From assembly GCA_964480735.1 (NCBI GenBank), contig CAYZQS010000003.1:14490-69644 (forward strand): DNA of 55,155 nucleotides. The letters run 5' to 3'. The notes beneath the pieces were generated by a model, which was given only the letters and a program-made list of their open reading frames with translations, was not told the origin of the DNA and made no database searches. Shown here in pieces: positions 46,759-55,155 of the stretch (the first letter of the stretch is position 1; each line of letters starts with the position of its first letter). Both the position numbers and the translations under genes were made by a program. Source of the stretch: an uncultured Rhodobacterales bacterium (GTDB lineage: Bacteria; Pseudomonadota; Alphaproteobacteria; Rhodobacterales; Rhodobacteraceae).

Positions 46759-47437
46759 GTATATTCTCCCATTGGTCTTCATTTTGGACGATCGCGTCCG
46801 TGATTACAGGTGTCTACTTTGCGACATTTACTGTGGGTATGCAAAAGCTTTGTCCTGTGGTGGAACCCTCCGACACAGCGTCAGGCAGGCGGGCCGTATC
46901 GCAAAACGTAAGTTCACCGTCAAAACTGGCTGAAATTGCATATGCGGGATTACACATTATTCAGGCCGCAATATCAAGTAACTATTTTATATATGAAATA
47001 TCTAACTTTGAAGTATAAGATGCAGAAAAGTTAATACATTCCCGATCGTTAGCGCACAGGGTGGAACTCGCGGGCTTTCTACAGATGAAAGATTTGCCCG
47101 GTTTGGCGTGCCCACGAAGCCGCTGCTAAAGGCGGCGAATTTTGTTCACTCAGGCGCCTGCAAGTTAACTATGAATTGATCAACAAGTACATTTACCACC
47201 CAAAGGCGAAGTGGACCGCTGTTGGAACCGAGTTTATCAACAGTTGGGCCCAGCCGATTGGCTCGTCTAATAACAGTGACGGCCCAGCGGAACACAGAGA
47301 AATCACCACAATTCATGATCAAGGCTTTGAACTAAAACTAAAAAATTTGCGCCGTATTCCGCCGAGGCGGTATTGTGAGGCAGCAGCTATGGTGACTTTG
47401 CAGGTTTATTCCTATAAAACAGTCACAGGAGATCATT

Positions 47438-49750
47438 TTGAAAAAAACTTTTTACCATCCCATATTTGGTGTCGCGTGCCTGCTTGTCCTGATGATCACG
47501 TTCCCGGGGCAATCCGTTGGCCAGTCCATGCCGCAGACAGATTTGATCAGGCAGGGCGAGCCTACCGTCGTGATTTATGACCGTGAAGGCAGGCCCGGGA
47601 AATGGGCGTTTCTTCCGGCACCAAAGATTAAGGCCATGCAGGATTTCCTGGCCGAAATTGCGCCATATCTGATTGGGCGTGACGATATTTCCTTTCGCAG
47701 CGCTTCAACCGGTGCAACCGGCGACAAAACCGCCGATTGCGCAACTCACAGCACCGATGTCCCCTTTGGAACAGCAATCACACCACTTGTTTTGGCCGAC
47801 CTGTCAAAAGACGTCAGCGCCGATGGGCACCGCTCTGCTCCGGCACCGGCCCTTGCCGCCGCTGTGGACGATCTGGCCGCGCGGGGCGGTGGGCGTATCG
47901 TTTTCGTCACCGATGGCGTTGACAATTGCGGGGGTGATCCGCTGCTGGTGGCGGAAAACGCCCCGCCGTCGGTTATAATTGACGTGGTTGCGCTTGGTCA
48001 GGCCAATCAACTGCACACACTGGCGGCAATCCCGCTGGCCGCCCGCGGGAATTTTTACCTGTCAACGCCTCCGGACCGCAGCGCCGCACTGGAGGGGCAG
48101 CCACCGGAGGCCGCTCCGCCGGGTGAAAATTCCGGTGCCGATGATCGTCCGGGCGAATTTCCCGATGGTGATCTTGTTCTTGATCCCGGCGAGGCAACAG
48201 GCGCGGATGCCGCCAACCTGTCGTCGCCGTTGTTTCCCGGTGGCGGTGCCGGAGCCACGCGCATTTCTGTTAACACCGGCGTTGATGCCTGCCCGGCCTT
48301 TGATGACCTGTCCCGGCAATTGCTGGATTATTCGCGCGGAATAGACAGTGCCAAAGACAGCGGCACACCAGTACCCAAAGCCGATCCCGTGGCGGTGTCG
48401 ATCATTCTGGATGCCAGCGGATCGATGGCAGCCCGGCGTGGTGGCAAACGTAAGATGGATGTGGCGCTTAAGGCGCTGAGCGCCGCCATTCCGTCGCTTG
48501 ACGGCAAAAACGCCGTGGTCAATCTGCGGGCCTACGGCTTTGATGCCTCGGTTGCCAAAACGCCGGAAGCGTCCTGTCCCAATACAAAGCAACTGGTTGA
48601 ATTTGGCCGCGATCAGGGGCAGGCCATTTCTGATACCGCCAATGGCCTTACGCCATATGGCTACACACCCATCGCCGCCAGCCTTTTGGCAGCGGGGCGT
48701 GATCTGGAACAGGTAACAGCGCGGCGGCGATTTGCAGTGTTGATTTCTGACGGCGAAGAAACCTGCGGTGGCGATCCGGTGAAAATTGCCGCCGCGCTGA
48801 ATACAGAGGGCACAGATGTGAACACATTTGTGGTGGGCTATGATCTGGACGCTGAGCAAAAAGCGCAGATGCGGGCAGTGGCAGAGGCGGGCGGCACCGA
48901 ATACCTGAATGCCGCCAACGGTGCCGAACTGGCCAAAGCCCTGCGCGAAATCGTGACCTTTGCCGCTGAAAAGGCGGAACGGATCGCACCCACTTGCAGC
49001 AACCCGGTTGCCGGTGGTGAAACGCCCGAGACCGCGACACCGATTTTGCCGGGGATTTATACAGTGGGCGAGTTGCTGGAAAAAGGCACGTTCCGTTATT
49101 ACCGCGTGGCCTCGGCAGAAGGGCAGGTGGCGTTTGTGCGCGGGCTGATCCAGTCAAGACGCTTTATACCCGGTGACGACGGCATGGAAGAGGCGATCTA
49201 TGCGCTGGGGTCGCTTACCGTTGTGATCCTCAATCCTGACGGCAGCAAAATCGCCGGACGCTTGGCGCGGGAGTCAGATATTCCAGGCACCAGCGTTGTG
49301 GCAACCTATGCGGATACCTCCGGTGACGGTTTCATAATCGGCATCGGTGACAATTACGACCGGGTGGCGCCCAGCGGTCTGTTTCAGATCACGCTCGAAG
49401 ACGCCAGCGATGCGGGAAACGGTGATGCGGGTGCAAAAAAAGATACCGCGGATTTTCGTGAAATTATGCTTGGGCAACCGTCAACCGGTCATTTGGGGTT
49501 TGACGATTCCGCCGATGTGTGGCGGCTGGACGCGGAAGGTGAAACGACGATCGCGGTGAGCTTTGACGTTTCAGACTTGCGCTACCGCATCGTGGTATTT
49601 GACGAGGCAAGCGGCAAACGTCTGGCCCGCACCCGTGATCAATTGGTCACGTTTGAAGCGAACGGCCCTGTCCGTATTCAGGTTGAAAGTCGCGAACCGC
49701 GTCTAAAACCACGGTTTTCAGGTTACGAAATCGCGGTGATCACGCCATGA
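47438..49750 (+). CDS. Secreted multi-domain protein: degenerate vWA + intact vWA (MIDAS) + two PPC-like beta-sandwich regions
   Basis: TTG start 6 nt after AGGAG, with signal peptide MKKTFYHPIFGVACLLVLMITFPGQSVG. The first module ends RIVFVTDGVDNCGGDP with no DxSxS motif. The second has ILDASGSM ... LISDGEETCGGDP. The C-terminus has FRYYRV and DSADVWRLDAEGETTIAVSFD ... RIVVFDEASGKRLA, which is PPC-like. Confidence 0.75.
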   Translation: MKKTFYHPIFGVACLLVLMITFPGQSVGQSMPQTDLIRQGEPTVVIYDREGRPGKWAFLPAPKIKAMQDFLAEIAPYLIGRDDISFRSASTGATGDKTADCATHSTDVPFGTAITPLVLADLSKDVSADGHRSAPAPALAAAVDDLAARGGGRIVFVTDGVDNCGGDPLLVAENAPPSVIIDVVALGQANQLHTLAAIPLAARGNFYLSTPPDRSAALEGQPPEAAPPGENSGADDRPGEFPDGDLVLDPGEATGADAANLSSPLFPGGGAGATRISVNTGVDACPAFDDLSRQLLDYSRGIDSAKDSGTPVPKADPVAVSIILDASGSMAARRGGKRKMDVALKALSAAIPSLDGKNAVVNLRAYGFDASVAKTPEASCPNTKQLVEFGRDQGQAISDTANGLTPYGYTPIAASLLAAGRDLEQVTARRRFAVLISDGEETCGGDPVKIAAALNTEGTDVNTFVVGYDLDAEQKAQMRAVAEAGGTEYLNAANGAELAKALREIVTFAAEKAERIAPTCSNPVAGGETPETATPILPGIYTVGELLEKGTFRYYRVASAEGQVAFVRGLIQSRRFIPGDDGMEEAIYALGSLTVVILNPDGSKIAGRLARESDIPGTSVVATYADTSGDGFIIGIGDNYDRVAPSGLFQITLEDASDAGNGDAGAKKDTADFREIMLGQPSTGHLGFDDSADVWRLDAEGETTIAVSFDVSDLRYRIVVFDEASGKRLARTRDQLVTFEANGPVRIQVESREPRLKPRFSGYEIAVITP

Positions 49751-50979
49751 TAAAAACCTTGCCGATTGCACTGGTGTTGTCTGTGGCTGCCGCGCCGGTG
49801 GCCGCACAGGATCTGCCGGATTTTGAAGCTTTGGCCGAAAAGTATTTGCAAGAGGCAATAGTGGCCGCACAACAACAGGCCAAACTGGGCGAACGCGAAA
49901 CCGCGCCCAAATTCGTGAAACTTATTCAGGATGATGAAAGGTGGATGAACCCGCGCGTCAAACCCGGTATCGGCGCGATGATCGGGCATTTTGCCATGTA
50001 CGATGCACAAGGATTTACCCTGGGCGCGGCGCAGATAGCAAACGATGCCGCCCGGGTAACAGCGCAGATAAAATACACTGCGTTTGAGGGAATTGACTGG
50101 CCCGCGCAGGTGGATTTTATCCGGGTCAACGATGTGTGGACACTGCGCGATGTTCGCCTGACCAAACGCACGCCGCTGCCGGACAACTCGCCGCCTGACG
50201 AGGTGCTTATCCGGTTTATCGACGATTACCAACGCAGCGTTGACGCGATCAGGGCATTGCCGGACCGGTCGTGGAAGGCCGTGCAGCTAACGCGCCACTG
50301 GGCGTTTGGCGGTGGCTACTGGCAGCGCAACAGCGATTGCCAAGAGGCCGTGCGCCGACAGTGTTTTGACGACCTTGCCACCAATCTTGGTCTGCACGTG
50401 AAAATGCTGTCCTTGCGTGAGAAAACCTTTGAGGTGATTGATTTCAAACTGGGCGCAGATACCGCAGAGGGAAATTTACGGGTCACCACCAAAACCAGAA
50501 GTGCCACGAAAACGGACAATTGGACAGTAAATCTGCGAAAACACCGGCGCTTCGGCTGGCAGATTGTTTCAATCGCCAAAATCGTTGACGCACAGCCGGA
50601 TGCGCCGCCCGCCACGCTGGCAATAGACAACAGCACACCTGAGGCTTTGGTTTTGTCCATTCTCAACGGTTTGCTGGGTCCGGGCGCGCCAAAGCCATCG
50701 GCGTTTTTAGAGGTCAGCACCCTGCTTGCACCGCATTTCGCTGATACGCGGTCGGGCCGGAAATCTTTGGGCAGACTGGCGGGACTTGGCACAATAGTGC
50801 AGATCTTTGGCGGTGGTCCGGCGGAAAACTGGGAGGTGACTGGCACAGCCAGCCAACAGGTTACCGCCACGGTGTGGGCGAAAAATCAGGGGTCATCAGA
50901 ATTGCAGCCGGTTCAGATCGTGTTTGACCTGGGCGGCGCAGACGGCAATCAAATTGAAAACATCGAGGTTGGAAAATGA
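49747..50979 (+). CDS. Secreted protein of unknown function (apparently three tandem ~120-aa modules)
   Basis: ATGA overlap with the upstream gene and signal peptide MIKTLPIALVLSVAAAPVAAQ. A recurring module end ...V.A.I.......W....F.....W.L... appears three times (WPAQVDFIRVNDVWTLRDV; DNWTVNLRKHRRFGWQIVSI; VWAKNQG...VQIVFDLGGADGNQIENIEV). No family recognised. Confidence 0.65.
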   Translation: MIKTLPIALVLSVAAAPVAAQDLPDFEALAEKYLQEAIVAAQQQAKLGERETAPKFVKLIQDDERWMNPRVKPGIGAMIGHFAMYDAQGFTLGAAQIANDAARVTAQIKYTAFEGIDWPAQVDFIRVNDVWTLRDVRLTKRTPLPDNSPPDEVLIRFIDDYQRSVDAIRALPDRSWKAVQLTRHWAFGGGYWQRNSDCQEAVRRQCFDDLATNLGLHVKMLSLREKTFEVIDFKLGADTAEGNLRVTTKTRSATKTDNWTVNLRKHRRFGWQIVSIAKIVDAQPDAPPATLAIDNSTPEALVLSILNGLLGPGAPKPSAFLEVSTLLAPHFADTRSGRKSLGRLAGLGTIVQIFGGGPAENWEVTGTASQQVTATVWAKNQGSSELQPVQIVFDLGGADGNQIENIEVGK

Positions 50980-51638
50980 AAATTTGCAAAAACTTGATAC
51001 GCATGATCGCATCAACCACTGTTTTGGCTACGCTCAGCGCCGGACCGCTGGCAGCGGAACCCTTTGGGGTGGGCTTTACCGGCCCGGCGTTTTTGACCCC
51101 CGGTGCCAATACCTTTGATAATTTCTCCGGCATGGTTGAATTTGCCGACAACCTTGCCGGTTCGTTGTCTGATTTCCTGCCGGAGGATGCGTCTGAAACG
51201 CCAGCCAACGAAAACGCGGCGCTGGGGTCGCAATGTCTGACAGACCCCGCCTGTTCCGCCTGCGCCGGGGATGCCGACGCACGGGCAAACCGGGCGTTTG
51301 AGGTATTGATCAACAACGAACGCCTTTTGGCCCGCACCCTGCGCAAGGCCAAAATGCTGGAAAATGTTGCCGAAGGTGCGGCGTCGCAACATGCGGCGGC
51401 AAAAGCCGCCTATACCATTCAACTGGCCAGCGAGATCGAACCGGCCAAGCGGGAATTTTTCAAGAATCTGGGCAAGGCCCAGAATGCCGCTCTGGATGTG
51501 TTGCATGTGAAGCTAAAACAAATTGGCACATGCGAGCAGGAACACTTGGGCAGCGCCACGTTTTTGGCCCTGGCGGAACATTCCTATCAGATCGCCAAAC
51601 TCAGATTTGCCCTCAGTTTGAAGGGAGAGGGGCAGTGA
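50976..51638 (+). CDS. Secreted helical protein of unknown function with a Cys cluster
   Basis: ATGA overlap, a signal peptide ending LAAEP, and the cluster CLTDPACSAC plus one distal Cys. The remainder has a helical, Ala/Lys-rich composition. Confidence 0.6.
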   Translation: MKICKNLIRMIASTTVLATLSAGPLAAEPFGVGFTGPAFLTPGANTFDNFSGMVEFADNLAGSLSDFLPEDASETPANENAALGSQCLTDPACSACAGDADARANRAFEVLINNERLLARTLRKAKMLENVAEGAASQHAAAKAAYTIQLASEIEPAKREFFKNLGKAQNAALDVLHVKLKQIGTCEQEHLGSATFLALAEHSYQIAKLRFALSLKGEGQ

Positions 51639-52180
51639 ATGTTCGATCCGCAGTATTCTGTCTATGCACCGCCGTTTCACCGGCCATGGCTGACGACGGC
51701 GCGTATGCCGCCGCTTATGACATCAACGTTGAATTTCCGATTGCTGCGCACGGCGATGGCGCTCGCGAGGTGTTTTGGCTGATCAACCTTGGCGGCGACG
51801 ATCTGGTTGATGCCTATAAATTGCTTCCCGCACCTGCGGCTGGCGAAGTTCTGGTGGTTGGGGGTGGTACTGAAACCAACACCCGCCCTGACGTGACGCT
51901 GGAACTGGTGAAACGCTTTGGTGGCGAGGTTGTGGCAAGCGCCAACCTGTCCGGTGATCCCACATTTGCAAACTGGGTGGTGACAGCGCCGGTTTACTTG
52001 CGCGTCACGGCGGCAGACGATGTGGACAAACAGGAAATTCTGATCGGCATCCAGATTTTTCCGGCAGGCGCGACTACAGCGGGCCGGTCGGAAGCAACCA
52101 GCACAACCGACTTCAAACTGCCGATTCCGGAAAATGCCACCGACCCGGTTCCGAAACTGGTTGTTCCCGCCGACAGGTAG
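51635..52180 (+). CDS. Secreted PPC-like beta-sandwich protein of unknown function
   Basis: GTG 51635 in a GTGA overlap with the upstream stop, preceded by GGGAGAGG. Signal peptide VNVRSAVFCLCTAVSPAMA. GDDLVDAYKLLPAPAAGEVLVVGG...DVTLELV...GEVVASAN resembles pre-peptidase C-terminal domains. Confidence 0.6.
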   Translation: MNVRSAVFCLCTAVSPAMADDGAYAAAYDINVEFPIAAHGDGAREVFWLINLGGDDLVDAYKLLPAPAAGEVLVVGGGTETNTRPDVTLELVKRFGGEVVASANLSGDPTFANWVVTAPVYLRVTAADDVDKQEILIGIQIFPAGATTAGRSEATSTTDFKLPIPENATDPVPKLVVPADR

Positions 52181-52237
52181 GCGGCAGGGTCCTGTACCTA
52201 TTGACTTTTGTTGGAGGCAGGGCGCGGGGGTAAAACC

Positions 52238-52292
52238 CATGCGGTTTCATGTGGGCCGGACTTTTCAGGCACCAAGTGTTTGTTCAGAAAAA
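52238..52292 (+). repeat. Flanking module copy A (about 55 bp) of the octamer-array locus
   Basis: CATGCGGTTTCATGTGGGCCGGACTTTTCAGGCACC...TTCAGAAAA. 27 of the first 36 positions are identical to copy B. Confidence 0.7.
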
Positions 52293-52447
52293 GCCAGTCC
52301 AACGAGGTTGCAACAGACGTAATATCAGCCGATTTCCGCAATCTGAACCCCGCTATCCAAAGCCCGGATGCAAAGCTGACCATTGCCAAGTCGGCGCACG
52401 GTTTCTGCTGTAATACGCTGAAATAAAACCGGAACCCAGGTCTAATT

Positions 52448-52559
52448 TTCCGGTGCACCGGTGCACTGATCAACCGGCCTACTGGCCCACTGATCAACCG
52501 GTGCATTGGTCCACCGGTGCACCGGCCAATCGGACCACCAGACCACCAGCGCAATGCCG
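52448..52559. repeat. Tandem array of 14 degenerate 8-bp palindromic units, consensus CACCGGTG
   Basis: It parses without indels as TTCCGGTG CACCGGTG CACTGATC AACCGGCC TACTGGCC CACTGATC AACCGGTG CATTGGTC CACCGGTG CACCGGCC AATCGGAC CACCAGAC CACCAGCG CAATGCCG. Confidence 0.95.
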
Positions 52560-52593
52560 GTTTGAACCAAAACCCCGGGGCAAAAGCCAATCG

Positions 52594-52647
52594 CCTGTGG
52601 TTTGATGGTGCCCGGCCGTTTCAGGCACCGCTGATCAATTCAGAAAA
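52594..52647 (+). repeat. Flanking module copy B
   Basis: CCTGTGGTTTGATGGTGCCCGGCCGTTTCAGGCACCGCTGATCAATTCAGAAAA. A related copy lies downstream of array 1 at 10392-10443 (TGTTTGTTCAAGTCCCGGCGGCTTTTTCAGG...CTGATCGAAT). Confidence 0.7.
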
Positions 52648-52681
52648 TGGGCATGATGTGACAGACCCGCTGTCCCAAAAA

Positions 52682-52707
52682 AGCCCCCGGAGAATGCACC
52701 GGGGGCT
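52682..52707 (-). terminator. Rho-independent terminator of the family-5 SBP gene (potentially bidirectional)
   Basis: AGCCCCCGG / CCGGGGGCT is a 9-bp stem with an 8-nt loop. A T6 run follows on the minus strand and TTTTCATTTT follows on the plus strand. It lies 55 nt past the stop at 52763. Confidence 0.8.
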
Positions 52708-52762
52708 TTTCATTTTGTTATTGATTGTGACCGCCCGAAAAGGCTGCGATCACCCGCTCAAA

Positions 52763-54817
52763 CTATTCGTCCAACCACCACTGCTCGGCCCGGTATGGGG
52801 TCGTGCGGTAGTATTCATACGAATGGGTTTTGAAAGTCACAAAGTTCTTCAGGTCATTGTTGTGATAGATCGGCGCCGGTGATTGTACCGTACCGATAAA
52901 CAACATATTGCTGACCATGTTTTCAACCATGCGTGCGCCCAATGTGTTGGACAGATCAGACCCCGCAGGTGCCGACTGGAACCCGTTGATGTCTGAAATC
53001 AACTGCTTGACGTACTCTGGCGGCTCGACGCCGTTCGCACCATCGCTGTCAACCCATTCTGCCCACAGCATACCCGTACGGTGGCCAAAATAGTTTTCAA
53101 ACGGAGGGACCCACAGTTCGTTGTTGCCAAGCACGATCGCCAAAGGCTGAGACTTGCGCCACATGCCAACATCCAATGCGTTGGAAGACTGCTGTGAACG
53201 GTATTCGTCCGGCGTGACTTCTTTCACAGTTGTCTGGATACCGACATTGGCCCAGTGCTGGCCAACCAGCTCTACAACCTGTCCGGCCATACCTTGCGTT
53301 GAATATTGCAGGTTCACCACCAGCTTGTCACCATTTGGCAGTTCACGAAAGCCGTCACCATCAGTATCGGCCATGCCCAAAGCATCCAGCTTGGCATTCG
53401 CCGCCGCCGGATCATATTCTGTCATGTAAGATGACCATTTTGGATCGACAAAGCTTGGTGCAGGTGAAAACCCGATATACTGCTTGGGTTCAGCCTGACC
53501 AAAAAACGCAACCTCGTTGATCTCGTCACGGTTGATTGCGATAGACATCGCTTCGCGGAAAGAAAGATCACCAAAGACTTTACGCTTTTCCGGATCCTCG
53601 TGCGTGACGTTGAACGAGAATGCGGATATCGTAACTTCGGGCCGCAGATCGATGGTAAAGTTGCCTTTTTCCTGGTTTTCCAGCAGCAAAGGTGCCGATG
53701 GCAGCTGCAGCGATTGGGATTTATAGTCAACCTCGGCATTCACCAGCTTCAGGATGCGAACTTCGTTTTCGTTGATGAAAATCTCGTCCTGTTCGCTGAT
53801 ATACGGCAACTGCTGCCCGGCTGTGTCCACCATAAAGTAATATGGATTGGCCACCAGATGCCGCCCGTCAACGGATTCCGCAATCATGATGTGGCTTTCC
53901 AGCGTTGGCATTGTATCCGCGGGCAGTCCGGCAACCTTGTCCGGTGCGGCCAGCATCGGCGTTGGCGTGTCGGTCCAGTCCGAATTGCCGTAATAGGCGG
54001 AAACAACCGCAAGACCGTTTTCAAAGCCAAGTGCTGCAGCTTTGGCGTCCGCGTCCGCGCTTAGGTCCGGATGGAAAGGCGCCAAAAAGTGCATCGGCTG
54101 AAAGCCCTGGGCAAACGAGTTGGCAAAGTGGGCCAACAGGCCGGGCTTTGGTGCAGGCAGATTGAAAACAACTGTGGTTGCATCCGGTGTGTCCACCGTC
54201 ATCCGCTCTCCGCCAACCAAAACGTAATCTTTTGCTTTGGGGATCACTTTTTCATCCAGCGCCAGATTGTCGTACCAGAATTTGACATCAGCAGACGTAA
54301 ACGGTGCACCGTCCGACCATTTGTGGCCTTCGCGCAAAAAGAACGTCAGCTGGGTGAAATCATCGTTCCACGACCAGTCCTTGGCCACATCAGGCACAAT
54401 GGTTTGCAGGTCATCGGAAAACCGCACCAGATTGACGTGACGCACGGACAAAAAGTCTGACGTACCCGCCTCGGTTGCATTTGACAGAACATCGAATGTG
54501 CCGCCGTATTTCCCAAGCGACGCATAGGGCACCACCACAAGGGGTTCTGACGGCAGACGGTCTTCTACCGCCGGTAAATCACCATTGCCGCGAATACGCG
54601 CGTTCATTGCTGCGATATCCGGGTTTTCAGAATAGGTGAGCGTGCAGTTTGCCGCTTCCTGATAAACACTCAGCTCGTACTGCTGGGGGTATTTACCGGC
54701 GGCCACGCCTTGCATGTCCTCAACCGTGATGCCCGCACAACCGGAATGCGAGCCCGCATAAACCGATCCGGCAAGCGCGACAGTCGCCACACCTGATAAA
54801 AACATTAGTCGTTTCAT
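52763..54817 (-). CDS. ABC transporter substrate-binding protein, family 5 (oligopeptide/nickel-type, large form)
   Basis: ATG 54817 (MKRLMFLSGVATVALAGSVYAGS signal peptide), about 684 aa. The overall pattern is that of DppA/OppA-like SBPs. No cognate permease genes are in the window. Confidence 0.7.
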   Translation of the reverse strand: MKRLMFLSGVATVALAGSVYAGSHSGCAGITVEDMQGVAAGKYPQQYELSVYQEAANCTLTYSENPDIAAMNARIRGNGDLPAVEDRLPSEPLVVVPYASLGKYGGTFDVLSNATEAGTSDFLSVRHVNLVRFSDDLQTIVPDVAKDWSWNDDFTQLTFFLREGHKWSDGAPFTSADVKFWYDNLALDEKVIPKAKDYVLVGGERMTVDTPDATTVVFNLPAPKPGLLAHFANSFAQGFQPMHFLAPFHPDLSADADAKAAALGFENGLAVVSAYYGNSDWTDTPTPMLAAPDKVAGLPADTMPTLESHIMIAESVDGRHLVANPYYFMVDTAGQQLPYISEQDEIFINENEVRILKLVNAEVDYKSQSLQLPSAPLLLENQEKGNFTIDLRPEVTISAFSFNVTHEDPEKRKVFGDLSFREAMSIAINRDEINEVAFFGQAEPKQYIGFSPAPSFVDPKWSSYMTEYDPAAANAKLDALGMADTDGDGFRELPNGDKLVVNLQYSTQGMAGQVVELVGQHWANVGIQTTVKEVTPDEYRSQQSSNALDVGMWRKSQPLAIVLGNNELWVPPFENYFGHRTGMLWAEWVDSDGANGVEPPEYVKQLISDINGFQSAPAGSDLSNTLGARMVENMVSNMLFIGTVQSPAPIYHNNDLKNFVTFKTHSYEYYRTTPYRAEQWWLDE

Positions 54818-55100
54818 TGATATTTCTCCCACTGTTGAAACAATTTGTTGAATATCGCGTTTCGTTTTAATCGAGCCATAACTCCCAGAAAACGTCGAAC
54901 GCAATTTTCAACCCAAATCTATTTGACGCAGAATTCAAAAATGAAAGCTGAACGATCTGCGGCAGCCAGTATCAAAAGTCGTATCATCAAATTTTTGACC
55001 AAACAAGCAAAAGTCTGAATTTGCGATATTTGTCCAACGAAAACGGTTAAGTCGAGTTAAGTGCCAACCGGTTCAGACGGAATTTTTGATTTGCAATGTT

Positions 55101-55155
55101 TGGCGGAGAGACAGGGATTCGAACCCTGGGTGGAGTCACCCCCACAACGGTTTTC
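55101..55155 (-). tRNA. tRNA-Ser (NGA anticodon), 3' part only; continues beyond the window end
   Basis: The minus strand reads ...GAAA ACCGT TGTGGGGGTGACTCCACC CAGGG TTCGAAT CCCTG TCTCTCC G CCA. This gives a long variable arm (type II tRNA), G35 A36 visible, discriminator G and an encoded CCA. Confidence 0.8.

Noticed and set aside
47176-47580. 134-aa ORF upstream of and overlapping the vWA gene start.
   Set aside because: It lies in an AT-rich region, has no ribosome-binding site or recognisable motif, and overlaps the well-supported TTG/AGGAG start at 47438.
52198-52882. ORFs 52198-52590 (-), 52208-52426 (+) and 52517-52882 (+) across the second array and terminator.
   Set aside because: They span the 8-bp repeat array, the duplicated flanking modules and a terminator hairpin. 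Their composition is not protein-like.

Overview
This is a 55.2-kb chromosomal segment of a moderately GC-rich alphaproteobacterium. The gene content fits a marine Rhodobacterales (roseobacter-type) genome, but taxonomy cannot be proven from this window. The supporting genes are pleD with its divergent DUF3572 partner, a MocR-type TauR next to xsc-pta, a long-form pstSCAB-phoUB locus, the aerobic box benzoyl-CoA pathway and a GAAC-N7-GAAC SOS box. About 55 protein genes are supportable.

Gene order from left to right:
- A 5'-truncated reductive dehalogenase fused to a PDR-like reductase, followed by an SRPBCC gene.
- DUF3572 and pleD.
- An ECF sigma / anti-sigma / Spy-like triad with a secreted 4-EF-hand protein.
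- DUF983 and NUDIX genes.
- tauR-xsc-pta.
- A second ECF sigma with a ZAS anti-sigma, a Met-rich membrane protein and a small secreted protein.
- An SRPBCC-TetR-SDR operon.
- An AT-rich gap holding a tRNA-Cys 3' fragment.
- phoB-phoU-pstBACS and the divergent phoR.
- A decayed patch: GntR-like LacI regulator, gap pseudogene and IS630 remnant.
- A lipoprotein, a dnaE2 C-terminal remnant, a 2Fe-2S ferredoxin and an FG-GAP protein.
- A MITE-like element.
- A four-gene acid-sugar-type cluster.
- boxR-boxB-boxC-hydrolase-bclA with a Liv-type ABC importer.
- A four-gene operon of secreted vWA/PPC proteins.
- A family-5 substrate-binding protein (SBP).
- A partial tRNA-Ser.

The most unusual features:
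1. Two intergenic tandem arrays of degenerate palindromic octamers, TTCCGGAA x ~25 and CACCGGTG x 14, that share a flanking module.
2. The translationally coupled operon of four secreted proteins of unknown function.
3. A 275-bp element with 22-23-bp perfect terminal inverted repeats and a TAA duplication.
4. An SOS box abutting a 120-codon dnaE2 remnant.

All product calls rest on motifs I recognise by eye. No database search was possible, and many start codons are uncertain by a few codons.
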